Source: Eledone cirrhosa
Lineage: Eukaryota
Length of the DNA: 64,000 nt
Assembly: GCA_964016885.1 (NCBI GenBank)
Contig: CAXHJY010001606.1
Coordinates: 17,844-81,843 of the forward strand
Reading direction: 5' to 3'
Both the position numbers and the translations under genes were made by a program. The notes beneath the pieces are model-generated. The model was given only the letters and a program-made list of their open reading frames with translations, made no database searches and had not been told where the DNA came from. Positions within the stretch are counted from its first letter, which is position 1. The number at the start of each line of letters is the position of its first letter. Below are positions 1 to 12,376 of the stretch, one piece after another.

Positions 1-55
1 GAAAGCGTACCATAATTTGCCTTGGTGGCCCTTGAAATATGTATAATAAAATAAA
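1..55 (+). ncRNA. Partial type I hammerhead ribozyme (family A), cut by the window edge
   Basis: GA-[aagcgtacca..tggtggccctt]-GAAA-tatgta-TA-ataaaa; the 3' half is identical to the HHR at 1939-2003; the CUGAU part lies outside the window. Confidence 0.55.
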
Positions 56-94
56 TATGGTTTTATAAATATAGTTTCCATTGTTAATATATTG

Positions 95-360
95 TATATA
101 TATATATATGTGTGTGTGTCTATATATGTGTGTGTGTCTATATATGTGTGTGTGTGTGTCTATATATATGTATGTGTGTGTGTGTGTGTGTCTATATGTG
201 TGTGTGTGTCTATATATGTGTATATGTATGTATGTCTATATGTGTGTGTGTCTATATATGTGTATATGTATGTATGTGCATATGTATATGTGTATGTATA
301 TATATATGTATATGTCTGTGTGTAATTATATAGTATATGTGTATTATATATATATATATA
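95..360. repeat. (TA)n/(TG)n compound microsatellite
   Basis: Direct reading. Confidence 0.95.
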
Positions 361-652
361 AACTGAAAGGAACAACAATTAAAGTAGGGTACTAAATACA
401 TCAAGCAGAGAGAGTACTTTGATTTATTAAAAAGTGGCTTTTATTGGAGTAATTCTTTTTCCTGACACCCAGTATGCTCTATTGCTCTGTTTGCATTATT
501 TCGACATGCAGGGATACAGTGTATCTATTCTAAAAATGTTGTAAGAAATTATTAAAAGGGTTGGCATGAGTTGACATTTTATTACAGTATCAACACTACC
601 ACTTTACAGGGTGTACAAGGTTTATTTTCTGATGGCAATAATATATATATTT

Positions 653-697
<45 letters not shown>

Positions 698-912
698 GAA
701 ATATATATATATATCTTTACACAAGTATCAATACATAAAAAGTGTTTAACTGATACTAAGTTTTATTCTATGAAAGAATTAACAAAATTCAACACATTCA
801 GGGCTTAATAAAATCATATATGGGTAATCGTTATTTCCTCAAAGGAACTGCAGTAGGGACATTAAAGTAAGTAAAGAGTTTTTACTCATCTTGTTTGCTT
901 TTCCCATATATG

Positions 913-951
<39 letters not shown>

Positions 952-1100
952 TAATTCCATCATTAAGCAAACAGAAATTGTGCTTGATCGATCGATAAAG
1001 ATCAAACTTTAAGCTAATCAATTGTGAAAAGCACATCACACCTGAATAAACTTAATGGTATTTTGACACCTCGTCCATACTTATTATTATTATTACACTT

Positions 1101-1212
1101 TTCAAATCCCGTTGAGGTTATCTTTGCCTTTCATCCTTATGGAGTCAATAAAATAAAGTACCAGTAATGCACTGATTATTGCTGGCCTTGTGCCAAAGGT
1201 AGAAACAATTAT
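1101..1212 (+). mobile_element. 5'-truncated tRNA-derived SINE (family S1)
   Basis: ttcaaatcc B-box remnant plus gcctttcatccttatggagtcaataaaataaagtaccag body; tattacactt on both flanks. Confidence 0.8.
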
Positions 1213-1326
1213 TAATATTACACTTTGCTTAGTACAACCCCAAAGTACATACTGGTGACTATCCATTGAGCACTCACTTTGGTGAACCAACAATAAATTG
1301 ACATTATAATACCTAAACTATATATA

Positions 1327-1530
1327 TCATCATCATTATCATTTAACATCTATCTTCCACGCTAGCATGGGTTAGACAGGTTTATCCCACATGAGGCAAG
1401 TTTGGTCAGGTGACCGTGTCTTGCTCGTATAGGACTATTTCTGGCTGGTTTTCTATGGCTGGATGCCCTTCCTAACGCCAGCCACATTTACAGTGTGTGC
1501 TGGATGTTTTGTGGTACCAACATAACTTTA
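1327..1530 (-). mobile_element. RTE-type 3' tail fragment
   Basis: (cat)n end and ggatgcccttcctaac motif shared with the RTE copies. Confidence 0.75.
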
Positions 1531-1938
1531 CAAGGAACTCTGTGAGTAAAATCGAGTTATTTTAGTCGGTCTAGCTTATATCCCAACCAAACAGAGATTT
1601 TGACTTAAGTTTTATATATATATCATTGTTTATTTCTTTGTTTCCTTTTATTATACTCAATGGATGTAGACTCTAATTCAATGGATTTGTTGAACTAATG
1701 GAATATCTTTGAATTGTTCCCAGATTGGCAGAATTTTCATTCCACATCATAAATTAAGCATCTGTATTGAGTGGTGACTGGTTTACACCTTGATTATCTC
1801 TCATCATCTAAACCAATATATGATACATATATATGTATATATATAAGGGTATGTGTGTATCTATATGTGTATATGTATATATATACTGGAATTGAATAAT
1901 CAAAACCGTAGCGGTATGTCGCATATCCAATCTCTCAT

Positions 1939-2003
1939 ATATTTTATCTGATGAAAATGTACTTAAACACCATTGTACCTTTGAAATATGTATAATAAAA
2001 TAT
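1939..2003 (+). ncRNA. Type I hammerhead ribozyme (family A)
   Basis: atattttat-CTGATGA(1948-1954)-aaatgtac..gtaccttt-GAAA(1983-1986)-tatgta-TA-ataaaatat; stems I and II pair. Confidence 0.75.
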
Positions 2004-2140
2004 ATATTTTGGTTATGAGAATGTTTCATTTATTATTATTTTGAATAATATTAAATACTCCAGAAAAATTACTGTTGAGTGCTTTTAATCTATTGTAAAA
2101 TTGTATTCGTTGAATAATCAACGAACCATATAAAATGTGG

Positions 2141-2195
<55 letters not shown>

Positions 2196-2198
<3 letters not shown>

Positions 2199-2300
2199 CT
2201 ATGCGAGCAAGACAATCACTCTTGCCTCAAGTGGGACTACCCCCGTCCAAACCCATGCAAGCGTGGAACACGGACGTTAAACGTTGATGATGATGATGAT
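2196..2300 (+). mobile_element. RTE family 2 extreme 3' end
   Basis: Reverse complement of the 55058-55170 tail; ends in (gat)n. Confidence 0.85.
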
Positions 2301-2363
2301 GTCCCAAGGCTCTGATACCATCAACGCTATAAACACAGAGCTGGCATATCTAAGAACTGACTA

Positions 2364-2419
2364 ACTGCCTGATGAGGTCATAGCCATTCAATGGCTATCA
2401 TCGAAATATATATAGCAGT
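2364..2419 (+). ncRNA. Minimal type I hammerhead ribozyme (family B) followed by AATAAA
   Basis: actgc-CTGATGA-ggtcatagccat(tca)atggctatcatc-GAAA-tatata-TA-gcagt; stem I 5 bp, stem II 11/12 bp, palindromic stem III. Confidence 0.85.
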
Positions 2420-3028
2420 AAATAAAGGATTATGAGTTCATGCAATTGACTTATGTTTTCGTCACTATATATATGTATATATATTTATATATGTATATAT
2501 ATTTATATATATTTACATATGTATATATATTTATATATGTATGTATACACGCACACACATCATACATCTTTATACTTAAACAAGTCTATCTCATTGGGCT
2601 TCTCTTTCATCTTAGTGGCATCTTAAAAGAGCTCTTATATAAATTGTGTTGTGCCCAGGCAAAAAATGATTATTTGTGAACACAAAGGAGAGACTAGTAA
2701 AGTAATGAGTGGGGAGAGGGTAGAGTTTTTGATTTTGCAACAGGAACAGCACATATTCTGTGTAAGTGCTGAGGGCAAATATGAATTGAGCATACTTCCA
2801 AAAAAATGTTTTGACCCTCCCCCCCATTCCCCTGTTTGCAGCTAATTTGCTTTTTACCGTTGTGACCCTGACCAAATGTGATCGCTTGAAGGAAAATACA
2901 AATAGTATATACAATAATCAAATAGATATCAACTACATTCCCTGTGTGGTTTTTGGCATTGGCTGTTTTTGGATACTACCTATTTGAATTGAAGTGCTCC
3001 AAATCATACTTTGCAATTCTCCTTTGCC

Positions 3029-3627
3029 TGAAGGTCTGTTCAAGTCTTAATATGTATAATGGCAGTAGTGTTAGTGGTGGTGGTGGTGGTTGTAGTAATG
3101 ACAATAGCGAAGTTTAGAAAACCCATTGATGCACAGATACTTTTGAATGAATGAACACAGTAAAGTTGTACGTAGGAGTATATAAGTGAACACCTGTGAA
3201 TCGGTAAACAGTTTTACCTTAGATCTAAAGTCTATTTTCTTTCTTTTATCAAAGAAGTTATCTTTTGTATATATTCAAACATCCAATATGGCCAAATCCA
3301 CCCACTATATAGTTAGTATTATTTATTCAAGAGGGTGATACTTTGTCTAGTTTAGCAAGTAAACAATCTCTACTAAATCATAATTTCTTTTTTTTATTTT
3401 TATTTTTATTTTTATTTTTATTTTTATTTTTATTTTTATTTTTATTTTTATTTTTATTTTTATTTTAATTTTTATTTTATATGAATGTATCAACTTATTA
3501 TAATGTATTGGTAGGGTGATAGAATCTGTGCATCAATGGGTTTTCTAAACTTCGCTATTGTCACTACTAAAACCACCACCACAGCCACCACTACCATTAC
3601 ATATATTAACACTTGAACAAACCTTCA
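3029..3627. repeat. Long inverted repeat, arms about 105-110 bp (3029-3138 / 3524-3627)
   Basis: gacaatagcgaagtttagaaaacccattgatgcacagat versus its reverse complement; the spacer includes (TTTTTA)n at 3388-3480. Confidence 0.85.
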
Positions 3628-3644
3628 CTATCGGTAGAGCTTCG

Positions 3645-3892
3645 TCGTCTTCTACTTCACCCACTTATTCCTGAGAGGGTCATGGGGGCAGAGTCTTCAA
3701 ACAACTCCTTCCAGCTGATCCTGTCAGAAGCAACCATCTCCCCAAGCATGTCCAGCCAAACTAATGGATGTTATCCAACCATCTTACTCGATGTCTATCC
3801 CTGGGTCTCCTGCCAGTTGGTTTTGCCCATAAAATATGTCCAGCGATTCTCTCCTGGGACATTTTAACCACATGCCCATAGTATCGGAGCTG
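3645..3892 (-). mobile_element. Degenerate RTE-clade LINE 3' fragment
   Basis: Minus strand reads QLRYYGHVVKM..PTGRRPRDRHRVRWLDNI, a typical RTE C-terminus. Confidence 0.7.
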
Positions 3893-4192
3893 TGATCTCT
3901 CAATTTGGAGAGTATTAGACAAAATGCTTTGCAGTAATTTAAATATGATTTACTGTGTTTTGAGTTCAAATCTCGCTGAGGTCAACTTTACCTTTCTTGT
4001 TTTCTGGTTTGATAAAATAAAGTAACAATAACATACTAGGCTCTCTATAATCAACTTTCATTTGCACAAGACCTTGCTGGACTTGTGCTAATGTTAGAAA
4101 AAATTACTAAATATTTCTAAGAAAAGATTAGTAATACATAAATTATCTGTATGGAAGCCCATCATAGATGTGTATATATATATATCCTGTTA

Positions 4193-4375
4193 AATATAGA
4201 AATGGCTTCTACAGGACTAGAACTGTTTCATTCAAAAGAAATCATCGGGAGCTTTCCTGGTGATTTATTTTTATGAAACAGTTCTAGTCCTGTAGAAGCC
4301 ATTTCTATATTAAACATGATGTTTACACCCTATTAATGTATTGGTACTCTGGTTACCACTATTGAACCCGGGACA
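4193..4375. mobile_element. Palindromic HHR-bearing element (family C), decayed cores
   Basis: Inverted arms 4193-4311 plus a conserved tail; homologous to 36486 and 57361. Confidence 0.75.
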
Positions 4376-4383
4376 TACACGCT

Positions 4384-4422
<39 letters not shown>

Positions 4423-4945
4423 CATCATTATCACTGCTCTACATCTATATATATGTGTGTGTGTGTGTGTGTATCTTTTGCTGGGCTATACTATTAAAGG
4501 AAATAGACATCAACAAAAGACGGTAAAAGCCATGTTCTGTGATACTGTTATGCACTGTGTTACCATCAGTTCCTTGTCACTGTTGTCATGAGCAATATAG
4601 TTTAGCACTTGTTGTCTCACTGGAATCCTGTAATTAATAATGTTATTTATCGAATAATTTAATAAAGAAAGCATTCATGTTCAAAGCAAAAAAATCAAAA
4701 AATAGATAAAATAAAAATAGATAAAATAAAGAATTATCAATATTGTATTGTTGGAGACTAAATCTTTTATAACCATATTTCTGTTGAAAGATACAACCTG
4801 TAATTTTAAAGAAGAAATTGAAAATATGAATTTGAAAGGATTTAGTAATGTTCTCATTATTAAGCTAGTGTTTAGAACATAACTAAACAAATTTTTTTTA
4901 CATAAAATCATGATGGAAAGTTTTAAAATGAATAAAACATTTTAA

Positions 4946-5864
4946 CCCTGTAGCATTTACATTACTCTATATATACTATTGTATTTTCACAATAAAGGCT
5001 TTCATCATCATCACCGTTTTACGTCCGTTCTTCCACGCTAGCATGGGTTAGACGGGTTGTCCTGTTGTGGGCAGTGTCTGGTCGGCTGACCATGCCTTGC
5101 TCATACAGGAACTGATTTGGGGGTGATTTCTACAGCTGGATGCCCTTCCTAACACCAACCTCATTTACAGTGAGTGCTGGGTGCTTTTTCGTGGCGCCTA
5201 CACGTCCACTTTACAGTGTGGGCTGGGTGCTTTTTTTCCGTGGCACCTCCACGACCACCTTGCGGTGGGGGGTGTGGGGGCATATTGTCTATATGCTTCA
5301 GCTTGTACCCATGGAAGGTCGGGTACTCTGTATTACTGCGTGACGCCAGAAGTCACGGTCGTGTGTCATTGCCTTTGAGAGGTGTAATTGGGTAAGGTCG
5401 GCTTTTATCACCTCATCACAGGTCATCTTGGGTCTCCCCACTCCGGTTTCCATCAACTTCTAGTGCTCTGCACCTTTTTATGCAGCTGTCATCCTTCATA
5501 CGCATCACATGTCCATACCAGCACAACCGCCTCTCCTGCACACAGCATTTGATTCCTCTTATGCTCAGTCTCTCTCTCAATTCATTTATGCTTTGTCGTT
5601 CATGTATGTTACTGTTACACATCCATCGGAGCATGCAGGCTTCGTTTCTCTCTAATCTACGTAAGTCTTCCACCTTCAGCACCCAGGTCTCACTACCATG
5701 CAACATTGCTTCATTACTTCACATAATATCGAATCTATGAGATTTTGATATTATTTATTTTGAGAACAATACCTTAACATCAGTATGAGTGCCTGGTTAC
5801 AACCAGTTTTAATAGAAAGAGGTGAGGAATCCTGGACGGATACAGCCATTTAAATGTTAAAGGG
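4946..5864 (-). mobile_element. piggyBac-type MITE B interrupted by an RTE
   Basis: TTAA-ccctgtagcattt ... aaatgttaaaggg-TTAA; body is the reverse complement of 12169-12376. Confidence 0.8.
5003..5710 (-). mobile_element. 5'-truncated RTE LINE (family 1)
   Basis: ORF 5416-5706 MLHGSETW..RRLCWYGHVMRM; 3' UTR and (gat)n tail nearly identical to the 37935 copy. Confidence 0.9.
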
Positions 5865-6160
5865 TTAAAACAGGCACTTTTGTATAGTCGAACCAGGCAT
5901 GGTTTTAGGCAGGTTGGTATCATAAGGGTTAAATCTGTTGCTTCCACTAAAAATCCTCTGTCAATTACAGCTTGGTTTCATAGGTTAGAAACAAAGATAT
6001 TAGACATTTCTACTTTATTTTACTGCTTGAATGTAAAATGACATTGCAAATGAGAGATATCAACTATTACATCTACCAACATGAACATATAGTAACTAAC
6101 ACCAATAATAATGATAATATAATAATAATAATAACAATAATAATAATAATAGCAATAATG

Positions 6161-8338
6161 TTTTCTTTATTAACCACAAGGGTTTACATAAAGTAGACAT
6201 TAAGGACAGTACAGGACGGTACAAATGGGCATTTCTGCGTGTAAAAAAAAAACAGAGGATGTAATAAAATAACAAAGAAAAATTCCCCAATAGGGGGGAG
6301 ACTTCCGAGGGACATTTGTGGTGAAAGCCCATTAAAAGACCACAGTGACCCTGACCACCAGGGCAAGTGCCCTCTCCCAGTTTTCCACATTTCATTTACA
6401 GACACATACTCAGAGTAGGCCCATTCACTCGGGCCATACTTGCTTCTCTCACCCATCTTTCAACAAAATGCTGGGAAGAGAGCACTTCCCTCTCTACCCT
6501 GATTTTCCTTTTCAAATGAAATTTGAAAAAGTTAATCAGGGCATCACCGAAGAGGTAAGTGCTCGTCTTCAGCCCTTTCAAACGTGTCCACCATACTATC
6601 TCTTTCGACATGGCCACCAGACAGATAAAAACTGCCTGCCCTTCCCGGCTAAAGGAAGAGGGCGGGGCAATCCTCACGATGGACTCAGCTGATAGCCGGA
6701 TCCGTCCTACACGTGACAGCAGGTGTTCGACATAAACCCACAAGTCAGCAATGCTCGGACACTGGACGAGTGCGTGCAGGACGGTTTCGTCGCCCTGCGC
6801 GCATCTCGGACATGCCCGGTTGACGGCACCTCCATGCCTGTAGAGTTTATCCCGAACTGGCAAAGCTCCCCGGTAGCACTGCCAGGCCAGGGATTTCTGG
6901 AAGTTGTCCATAGGCCCCGGCGCGAAAGTCCGTCCGAAGAGATTGGCTAGTTGATTTTCGTCGACGCCTAGAGTATCTCCAAGTACGTCGTCGCTCTTCC
7001 CCTCCACTAATCCTCTATAGAACGCCAAGGTGGAGTTTCCACCGATCACATTGCCCGATTGGTCGAGGGCTGTGAGCGCCTGAAGACATTCCAGTCTCCA
7101 AGCGCTCCCTCTCGGTCTTCGCTTGACCCAGGACTGCAGCTCCGTCAAGGAGACGAGCTGGGGAGAAACGTGTCTAGCAAACGGCGACCACACCTGATCA
7201 CGGAAGAGGTGGAGATGTCGTAGCCTGAGTGCGTGTCTGCGCATCATCAGCCACGGCATGCCCAGCCCTCCACGTAGCGGGTGTTGACAGCAGATGGACC
7301 GCCTGACCATCGGAGCGCGTCCCTTCCACAAAAAGCGAAAGAGCAAACGCTCCAGCGCAGTCAGGCGGGGCTTAGGATAAGGTACGACGGTCAGGCGGTA
7401 GTAGATGATGGACGTGATGTATGCGTTAGCCACCTCCGCTCGACCTTTCAGGGATAACTTCCTCTCCGCCCATTTCTTGGTGAGAGAAACCACCCTGCTC
7501 GTCACCTCGTCCCAGTTTTTGTCCGTCTGGAGGTCCAGAGCGAACCAGGCCCCTAGCAATTTAACCGACTGACGACGCTGTTGGACGGCATGGACCTGCC
7601 TCTACAGGTGCCAAGCTTCAGGTCCACTGACTTTTCCTGGTTGATCATTGCTCCTGTCACCGCTTCGTATTCTCTTAGTATAGTGCCGATCTCCTCGATG
7701 TGTTTGGCATTCCACACCACTACGGTGACATCGTCGGCATATGCTGACACGGATCTTCCGCATCCTAGTTCGCGCGGGTTCCTCCTCAACGTCTCCAGTT
7801 TGTGCAGTAATGGCTCGAGAGTCAATACGTACAAGAGGGACGAGAGGGGACATCCTTGGCGGACCGAGCGCATGATGTTGAACGGTTCCGAAAGGTGACC
7901 GTTCACTCTCACCACAGAGCAGATCTCGCTGTGCATGGCAGCGATCCAGCCTCTGAAGACGGGCTCAAAGCCAGCCGCCCTCAGGACTGCCGCTAGGTAA
8001 CGATGGTCGACCCTATCGAAAGCTTTCGACTGATCTAAATTTATCAAAGACCCACTCGTGCCAGGTTCCCTAGCTACCCTCTCTACGATGTATCGCATGA
8101 GGTGGAGGTTGTCGTGGATGGATCTGTCGGGAATGGCGCATGTCTGCGCCTCTCCCACCAACGACAAGCGCCAACCTCTTTGCTAGCACCTTGGCCAAAA
8201 TCTTGAACTCTGTGTTTAGCAGAGTTATGGGCCTAAAATTATCTATGTTATCCCCCTTGTTCGGATCCTTTCTCAGCAGCGCCACCGCTCCTCGGCTCAC
8301 AGAGCTGGGAATTCTCCCGTTCTGTTGCCAGTTGCAGG
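6161..8338 (-). mobile_element. 5'-truncated, frameshifted L1/Tx1-clade LINE
   Basis: FRPITLLN, DQSKAFDRV, RQGCPLS, YADD and CPRC..H..C motifs over three frames; AATAAA then an (ATT)n tract; homologous to 18904-22341. Confidence 0.92.
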
Positions 8339-9049
8339 TATTATGAATAGTAAAAGGTTAAAAATGAAGAAAAATCTACTTATCATTGATAGACTGTGCT
8401 TTCTAGCTACAAAGCTAGAAACACCATCTGCTTGGCATGTAAGATAGTTTTAGGTGATCTTAATTATGATTGGAATTTGGAAAAAAATTACTATCTGATC
8501 TGTCAAGCATGTAACATGAAAGAAATGAGTTTTTTGTTTGCTTTTTTGTTTTGAAAAAGAACAATATCTGAAAGTTAAAATTATGTTGTTTCTTGGCTTC
8601 AGCATTGTGTGTGTGTGTGCAAAATTAGATTCATGTATTTGTGTGTGTATATTTCTGCATATTTGTGTGTATTTGTATTTATTTATGTGTGTGTGTGTGT
8701 GTGTTTATGTATATTTGTGTCTATTTGAATTTATGTGTATGTATTTATGTATATTTGTGAGTGTTTGTATTTATGTGTGTGTGTGTGTGTATTTATGTAT
8801 ATTTGTATTTATGTGTATGTGTTCGGGTGGAGTCTGAAAAAACGGTGGCTCAAGTCCTGGTATTTGATTAAAATAGTAAATCTATCAAAGGTTGATGACC
8901 TATGTGTTCTAGATTCAAATAGAAATAAATCATCAAATAACATCTAGTTGGTATATTATATGAGTACGATGACTGAGGTAGTGTGCTGGACTACTGTGCA
9001 CATAGTTGTAAGTTCAAATCTTAATACAGCCATTGTATTGTGGATTTAA

Positions 9050-9254
9050 TCTTTTAGCATTTAAATCGGCCATATCAGGCCATAATTCTCCCACCTGTTT
9101 CTATTAAAACTGGCTATAACTGGCCACTCATACCGATGTTAAGGTATTCTCAAAATAAATAATATCAAAATATTATAGATTTGATATTATGTAAGATAAA
9201 GCCTTTACCATGAAAATACAATAGTAAATATAAAGAAATGTAAATGCTAATGGG
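9050..9254 (+). mobile_element. piggyBac-type MITE B, inserted in a decayed SINE
   Basis: TTAA flanks, decayed TIRs, body matches 12169-12376. Confidence 0.75.
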
Positions 9255-12168
9255 TTAAGCAAAGTACTAGATTCTTTTCAAGGCATCCAAGAATTGTGGG
9301 AGGGAGGAAGGAAGGTATCCTTAAGCATAGAACCTGGTTTAAATGTTTGTCATGAAATGGACACAAGTAAAGTCACCCATAGGCCAGATAGTGATGTTAA
9401 ACTGGACAACCAATTCATTTTTAACACCCTTTAATGATTTAGCAGAAAATGTCTAAAAACTAGTTTATTTCAAATGATTATAGTATCTCTACTAGTGGAT
9501 GATTATAGTATCTCTATCATGAAGATTTTCAGTAAATTAAAATAAAGACATTTTTAATGTGAGGCAGTCATAGTGCTGCTTTGTACTTTTCAAGAATTTC
9601 TCTTAATGCAGTTTCCTGTGTAACATAATGTTAAGAGTTAACTTTACCATGCAAATAGATTATGGTGGGATTTGAACTCAGGATGCAAAGAACTAGAAGA
9701 AATATTGCAGAAGCATCCTGTTAGATGCTTTAATGATTCTGTCGGTTTATTCCCCTACACTAGTACTTTATTTTATTGACTCTGGAAGGATGAATGTCAA
9801 AGCTGACCTCTGTAGAGTTTGAACTCAGAATGCAAGGAGCTGGAATAAATATCAGTAAAGCTTGCTGTGGTTTGCTTGGCTGAACTTCAAAAATAGGTTC
9901 CACTCATATTTTATGGTTGAGTGGTTAATAGTGAGAAGGAGATCTATCTGTAAAAATATTTTCTCCCCAAAATAAACCATCTCACAGAAGAAAAATACAG
10001 AGTAAAGAAAAATACAGTGAAACAGTGGAAGAATAACAAAAAATAAATATCCCAATATAGAATGTGTATTTGAATATTTTTGGATGAGTAAACAGAGAAA
10101 GGGTGTATCTTGTGTCTGCTGTATGGAAAGGATGTAATGCCTTGTGTAAGAATTGGTAAGCCTTTATTTAATGTGAACGAGATTAAAAATGGCACCAGAG
10201 CAATTACATAAAGACATTTATAAGACTTTAAACAGAATTTAGATGTTGACATATAGACAGTTATTGATAGGCATAAAGAAGGGGCATTAATCTTCCCTGC
10301 CATAAATTTCTCTATTCATCCCAGCAGGTAGGAAGATATGGCTGAATAACAAAATAATTGGCCAGCATAAGCTTCAGTGCTCCTGAATGACAGTGAGAAT
10401 ATGAAAGAAATTGGAAAAATCAGTGTGCTAGTGGTCTATAGTGGATGGAGACATAACTCAGTGGTTAAGAAGTTTGTTTCATAATCTTGAGGTTCCAGGT
10501 TCAATCCAACTATGTGATATTTTGATCAGGTGTCATTTCCTAAGCTTTTTAAGCAAAATTGGATAAACGGAAACTATATGGAAGCCTCTCTGATGTATTG
10601 TACATGTATTTCAAAAGGCCAGTCTTGTGACACACTATGTCACATTGATTTTGCCTGAGAATTATGTTAATGGTAGACTTGTCTGTGGAATACTTAACTA
10701 TTTCCACATTGTTTTAATGAGTAGGGAGCTCAGTTGATTGAACAACTAGATGTTCATATTTGATACAAACAGAATATCCATCAATAGTAACTTAATGAAT
10801 TTGTACTAAGGTATATAACTGACAATGATGATGATGATGCTTCTACCAGCTAAATGAAAACGATTTTGGTTTCATGCATTGTGGGCTAATATCTAACTCT
10901 AGCTTGTTTGCTGGCTTAGAGAATAGATATACCAGGTTTCTCCAAAAGAAATATTACCAGCAATAATAAAACCATAATCCTACCTACACAAAAGTTTCTC
11001 TCTGATATGCTTTGTTCTGTGGAAAACAAAATTAAGTATCATCTCTGTGGATACTTCATTAATTTTACTCTACTGGTAGTTAACATCATTTTTACATCTA
11101 CTTTGCGATGCTGGCATGGGTGTGGACAGAATGGTTTGAGAAAATGTATTACAGCTAGATGCCTTTCCTGATGCCAACCCTTTTAATCATCTCTTATGTC
11201 AAGCAGGGGTATGGTATACCTATTCTAAAAACTGGGATACACACATTATATAATTTAATTAAACCTAGGAAAGCTGTAGACATAGAACTTCCATATAAGT
11301 GGTTGAAAATGAATTAGAATCAGTCTAATGTCTGATACACAATCACTTTATAAGCATTCTGCCTGGTTGTTTAAATGATGTTAAATTTGACTGACTAAGA
11401 TGAAAAATTAAAGCTGACACACTAAGCAACTTTTCTCATGGTTCTATAACTCTAAGAGGTTATGTGGTAAAACATTCTGTAAATAATCTCCTTATTCAAT
11501 TAATTCACATGCATCAAATGCACATTGCTCTTGTGCGTGCACAAACCTGTGTATGTGTGTGTATGAGTGACTGTGTGCGTAAAATTTAGCTATCCCACTG
11601 TTTATATTTTCCTTTTGTGAACATGATATATGAACAGTTTTATGTAAATGTATATGCAAAAGCCTATCAGAAATGATGATGATAATAATAATAATAATGG
11701 CAATAATAATAATACTTTTTAATAATGTTTACAATAATTGCAATAATATCTGTGATAATAATTATAATAGTAATTGTAAAAGTGATTTCTTTGTTTATCT
11801 CTAAGTGGAAAGAGGAAAATTTGAATACAGTAAAATACAATAGAAATATATTAAATTATATTTGTGATGAGATGATGATAGTTATTATAACAATCTGGTT
11901 TTCTTTATCAAAATGGTTTGTGTTGAATGTAGTGTTTGCAGGAATAAATAAATACAAAATATATATACATAAATATGTCTAAAAATATAAAATATATATT
12001 ATGTATATATATATATATGTGTGTGTATGTGGAGAAGATTGGGTTGTTGAGTAACTGTGATTAAATCAATAACAGTGTATCTGAGTTGATACCAGCAATC
12101 TTCAGTGCAAGTGGAGCAAAATAAGCGTAGTTTATGGATACCTGTGATAAACTATGGTATGGATTTAA

Positions 12169-12376
12169 CCCTTTAGCATTTAAACCAGCCATATCTGGCC
12201 AGAATTCTCTCACGTCTTTCTGTTCAAACCGGCTGTAACCGGCTGCTCATACCAATGTTAAGGTATTGTTCTCAAAATAGATAATATCAAAATCTAATAG
12301 ATTCAATATTATGTGAGATAAAGCCTTTACCATGAGAATAAAATAGTAAATATAGAGTAATGTAAATGCTAAAGGG
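12169..12376 (+). mobile_element. piggyBac-type MITE B (208 bp)
   Basis: TTAA|CCCTTTAGCATTTA ... TAAATGCTAAAGGG|TTAA. Confidence 0.88.

Larger units (their letters stand above)
4760..5928. mobile_element. piggyBac-type MITE A (interrupted)
   Basis: Matches the 17085-17315 family; ends ggtatcataaggg+TTAA; split by MITE B. Confidence 0.6.

Noticed and set aside
81-395. YI/CV/HT-rich ORFs here and at 24492-25356, 28211-28676, 48209-48595 and 50341-55165
   Set aside because: These are translations of dinucleotide microsatellites that lack stop codons
812-915. 13-bp inverted repeat aatcatatatggg/cccatatatgatt
   Set aside because: Short and AT-rich, with no second copy or TSD in the window
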